Shown: positions 34,901 through 38,319 of the stretch, piece by piece
How positions within the stretch are numbered: the first letter of the stretch is position 1
How the letters are laid out: every line of letters starts with the position of its first letter
Assembly (NCBI GenBank): GCA_012862495.1
Contig: BLSG01000132.1
Span: 219,322-257,640, forward strand
Direction: 5' to 3'
From: Thraustochytrium aureum
Taxonomy: Eukaryota
Length of the DNA: 38,319 nucleotides
Notes under the pieces: model-generated
The model's database searches: none
What the model was told of the DNA's origin: nothing
The model's input: only the letters and a program-made list of their open reading frames with translations
Program-made: the position numbers and the translations under genes

Positions 34901-35533
34901 CTACTCGAGGTCCCAGTCGTTCTCGTGAACACTAACGCCGTCGCGGTCGTCAATGAACGGGCCATAGCGGAAAAGCTGTCGCGCGAGGAAGCGCGTGAGC
35001 GAGTCGCGCAGCGCGTTGCCCGTGCCCACGTCGTCGCAGGCGCTGCTGAGGTGCCCAATCCACGCGCGCGACTGGCGCCATGTAAACCCGCGCCCGCGGT
35101 GCTCGGCAGGCCTCATCGGGCAGCTCTTGGCGCGCTCGTGGCCAAGGCCCAACCCGTGGCCCTTGCCCGAGCGCAGGGCGTCGCGGTACCCTCGGTCGCC
35201 CGTGATAAACCCTAGCACAAAGGAGCCAAGCAGGAGGCCGTGCTCCTTGGCTGGCCTCTCCTCTGCTGACTCGTTGAACAGCACCGACATCAGCTCGTCC
35301 ATGAAGAGTCGCTCGTAGAACCGCGCAAAGGCCTCCAAGACCTTGGCCTTGCCACCTGCCGCGCCGACCATTGCTGCCGTGGGGCGCTCGAACGTCGATT
35401 GCGAGGCGTCCTGCACGATGCCCGCTCCCAGCCTGACCATGTCGGCCGTCAGCTGCCGTTGCAAGGCCAGGTCGTCGTGGCCCAAAGCCCCCGGCCCTTC
35501 ATCCGCTTTCCGCTCCTCCTCGGCGAGGACCAT
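34901..35533 (-). CDS. Truncated (2/2) hemoglobin-like protein; start may lie further upstream
   Basis: AAGGKAKVLEAFARFYERLFMDELMSVLF (GG motif, B9-B10 FY), KEHGLLLGSFV (E helix), ITGDRGY, LGLGH (candidate F8 His) and RAWIGHLSSA (G8 Trp). Confidence 0.65.
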   Translation of the reverse strand: MVLAEEERKADEGPGALGHDDLALQRQLTADMVRLGAGIVQDASQSTFERPTAAMVGAAGGKAKVLEAFARFYERLFMDELMSVLFNESAEERPAKEHGLLLGSFVLGFITGDRGYRDALRSGKGHGLGLGHERAKSCPMRPAEHRGRGFTWRQSRAWIGHLSSACDDVGTGNALRDSLTRFLARQLFRYGPFIDDRDGVSVHENDWDLE

Positions 35534-37041
35534 CCCGACGCTTCCAGCGTCGGCTTGAGCTTCTCGAGATCGAGCGTTGCCTGTCTGGCGTGGTGGCGCG
35601 GTTGCTTCGTCGCTCACACTTGAAGGCGCTTGCGTCGCGTTTCGTCCGAGGCACCCTAGGACGTTCGGCATCCTGCGCATCCTTTCGATTGGGAACTGCA
35701 GCGATGCCCCCGCGAGCGTTGGCCTGGAGCGGCTAACAGNNNNNNNNNNNNNNNNNNNNNNNNNNNNNNNNNNNNNNNNNNNNNNNNNNNNNNNNNNNNN
35801 NNNNNNNNNNNNNNNNNNNNNNNNNNNNNNNNNNNNNNNNNNNNNNNNNNNNNNNNNNNNNNNNNNNNNNNNNNNNNNNNNNNNNNNNNNNNNNNNNNNN
35901 NNNNNNNNNNNNNNNNNNNNNNNNNNNNNNNNNNNNNNNNNNNNNNNNNNNNNNNNNNNNNNNNNNNNNNNNNNNNNNNNNNNNNNNNNNNNNNNNNNNN
36001 NNNNNNNNNNNNNNNNNNNNNNNNNNNNNNNNNNNNNNNNNNNNNNNNNNNNNNNNNNNNNNNNNNNNNNNNNNNNNNNNNNNNNNNNNNNNNNNNNNNN
36101 NNNNNNNNNNNNNNNNNNNNNNNNNNNNNNNNNNNNNNNNNNNNNNNNNNNNNNNNNNNNNNNNNNNNNNNNNNNNNNNNNNNNNNNNNNNNNNNNNNNN
36201 NNNNNNNNNNNNNNNNNNNNNNNNNNNNNNNNNNNNNNNNNNNNNNNNNNNNNNNNNNNNNNNNNNNNNNNNNNNNNNNNNNNNNNNNNNNNNNNNNNNN
36301 NNNNNNNNNNNNNNNNNNNNNNNNNNNNNNNNNNNNNNNNNNNNNNNNNNNNNNNNNNNNNNNNNNNNNNNNNNNNNNNNNNNNNNNNNNNNNNNNNNNN
36401 NNNNNNNNNNNNNNNNNNNNNNNNNNNNNNNNNNNNNNNNNNNNNNNNNNNNNNNNNNNNNNNNNNNNNNNNNNNNNNNNNNNNNNNNNNNNNNNNNNNN
36501 NNNNNNNNNNNNNNNNNNNNNNNNNNNNNNNNNNNNNNNNNNNNNNNNNNNNNNNNNNNNNNNNNNNNNNNNNNNNNNNNNNNNNNNNNNNNNNNNNNNN
36601 NNNNNNNNNNNNNNNNNNNNNCTCGTTGACCTTGGCACGCATGGCGTCCTGGCGATTGCCGCTGCGCTCGGCCTTGTCCAGGCGACCGAGGTGCGCCGCA
36701 AAGTGCTCGTGATCAGCTCCCACCATGCCTGCCCAGACCTCACCGCCACAGAGGCCAAATTCGTTGGCAGATACCAGCGCGTGGGACGTGCCAGTTCAAT
36801 GTGCTGTCGGACAAGGCCGGGGCAGGCCCGCGCTCAGCAAAGCCGCCAAATTGAGCCAGATATGGCCTCGGTCATGACAGCCCCGGCAGCACCAAAGCTG
36901 ATGTGCAGCATGCACCGAGAGCCGGCCGACAGCGACGGGCTGCCATGACACTGTACCTTACTCTATTCACCTCGGTAGATTGACGTTTTCTTCTTCTTCC
37001 TTTTCTCACACATTCCCCCTTTCCTTGGTTGGTTCGAATTC

Positions 37042-38319
37042 CTACCCGGGGTGGCCGACCCAGCGTGCGAGGGCAGCGCGAGCTTCCGCAGCGCTCTCCA
37101 CCGCATCGCGGCCGCGACGCCAACCCCCCCGCCGTGGAGCTTGGCCCGCCGCGCTCGCCTCGCGCTGTTCGGCGGCCAAGACCCTAGACTCCAGCGCGAG
37201 CTTGTGCTCACGGAAGACCACAGCAGCGTCAACCACCAGCCCAACCTTGTACATCAGCTCGAGCCGAGCGTCCTGGGAGGACCCCGGCGCCCCCTCGCGA
37301 AGCGCGGTGCGCAAGAGCCACGACTTCATCTGCGAGGCGACCTCGCGATTGAGCTCATCGAAGCCGACACCCGACTCGACCTTGCCGAAAATGAGCGCTA
37401 TGTCCTCTGGGAAGGAGGCCTCCGAGTTTCGCACGTCGATTGCAAACAGCTCGCGCACGCGTGGGGCATTGCCCACACCAGCGTCTTCGCCTCCGAGGAA
37501 TGCCAAAAGTCGCCTCGCCTCAGCCTCTGGCACCGTCACATCAAACGGCACACCAAGCTCCCGGCAGGTCAGTATCTCGTACAGGCACCAGACGCGGCTG
37601 AGCGCAACGGCCTGCGACTCGAGCACTTGGTTGAGCGACATGACAACAGTTCCAGAGAGCCTTACATTGGTTCTCAGCTCGTCCAGCGTCTCCGAGGCGC
37701 TCACGATGTGCTGATTCTTGGCGAAAATGTCGATCCAAAACAAAGCGTGCCGCCGCGTCGCGGCATACATGGCCTGGTCGTACCGCTCCAGGGACGACAC
37801 GAGGTCCGCGAACGAGCACCACCATGTATGCGAGCAAAACACCGTGGCGTCGCCAAAGTACTCGTCCCCTGCGCCCGCATCGTAAAGGAACGCATCCACG
37901 TAGCTCAGCTGGCTCGCCCGCGTCAGGGGAACGATCAACTGATACGCAACCGAGCCCGTGCTCGACAGATCTACTTGGGCCAGCTTGCCTTGTGCATCCG
38001 CTCCGAGGATCGAGCGCGACGCATGCAGGCCAAAGGCCTCGATAAAGTCGCGGAGAAACGCGAGGGAGACGCCCACGGCCGGCCGCGTCGGCTGCGATCT
38101 CGCGCCGTCCTTCACAGCCTCGACAGCTCGTGCTGCTTCGGTCAGCACAGTCGGGCCAAGTATTGCCGCCTTGATCATGTCGGACGCGCGCCCGTCCAGA
38201 AGCTCAACCTCCGCCTCGGCCCAGGTTCGCTCCTGGCCTATGATCTTGGCCTGCCGCATGTGCCTGTCGACCATAGAACGGAGCAGCGCGTCGCGCGCTT
38301 GGTCGGCATCCAGGACCGC
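37042..38319 (-). CDS. Protein with HET/TIR-like domain of the type found N-terminal to TPR repeats in protists (5'-partial; may continue via an intron to 36622-36730)
   Basis: The frame is open to the window end. Motifs ATVFCSHTW, LFWIDIFAKNQH, ALSRVWCLYEI and IDVRNSEASFPED...GFDELNREV are followed by helical sequence. Confidence 0.75.
   Translation of the reverse strand, partial: AVLDADQARDALLRSMVDRHMRQAKIIGQERTWAEAEVELLDGRASDMIKAAILGPTVLTEAARAVEAVKDGARSQPTRPAVGVSLAFLRDFIEAFGLHASRSILGADAQGKLAQVDLSSTGSVAYQLIVPLTRASQLSYVDAFLYDAGAGDEYFGDATVFCSHTWWCSFADLVSSLERYDQAMYAATRRHALFWIDIFAKNQHIVSASETLDELRTNVRLSGTVVMSLNQVLESQAVALSRVWCLYEILTCRELGVPFDVTVPEAEARRLLAFLGGEDAGVGNAPRVRELFAIDVRNSEASFPEDIALIFGKVESGVGFDELNREVASQMKSWLLRTALREGAPGSSQDARLELMYKVGLVVDAAVVFREHKLALESRVLAAEQREASAAGQAPRRGGWRRGRDAVESAAEARAALARWVGHPG

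Overview
Draft eukaryotic scaffold that is GC-rich, gene-dense and intron-poor, with nine N gaps and many single-base frameshifts that are probably sequencing errors. The gene content suggests a stramenopile protist such as a thraustochytrid (inference only). In order, the window holds: an EsV-1-7 Cys/His-repeat protein; two tandem paralogous genes carrying about 15 copies of a ~55-aa W/GW/PG/G-x-D-x-F module I cannot assign to a named family (possibly MBD-like); ORC5; a DENN-domain protein; a hypothetical protein; a secreted trypsin-like pseudoprotease with three CUB domains; a ZIP metal transporter; a beta-helix membrane protein; an APE2-like nuclease with PIP boxes and an NZF finger; PDCD5 with one clear intron; an EF-hand protein; Vps55; a two-pore K+ channel; a truncated-globin-like protein; and a HET/TIR-like-domain protein. 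The most notable feature is the multi-module gene pair directly upstream of ORC5, which may even be fused to it across a gap. No rRNA, tRNA or CRISPR array was recognised.
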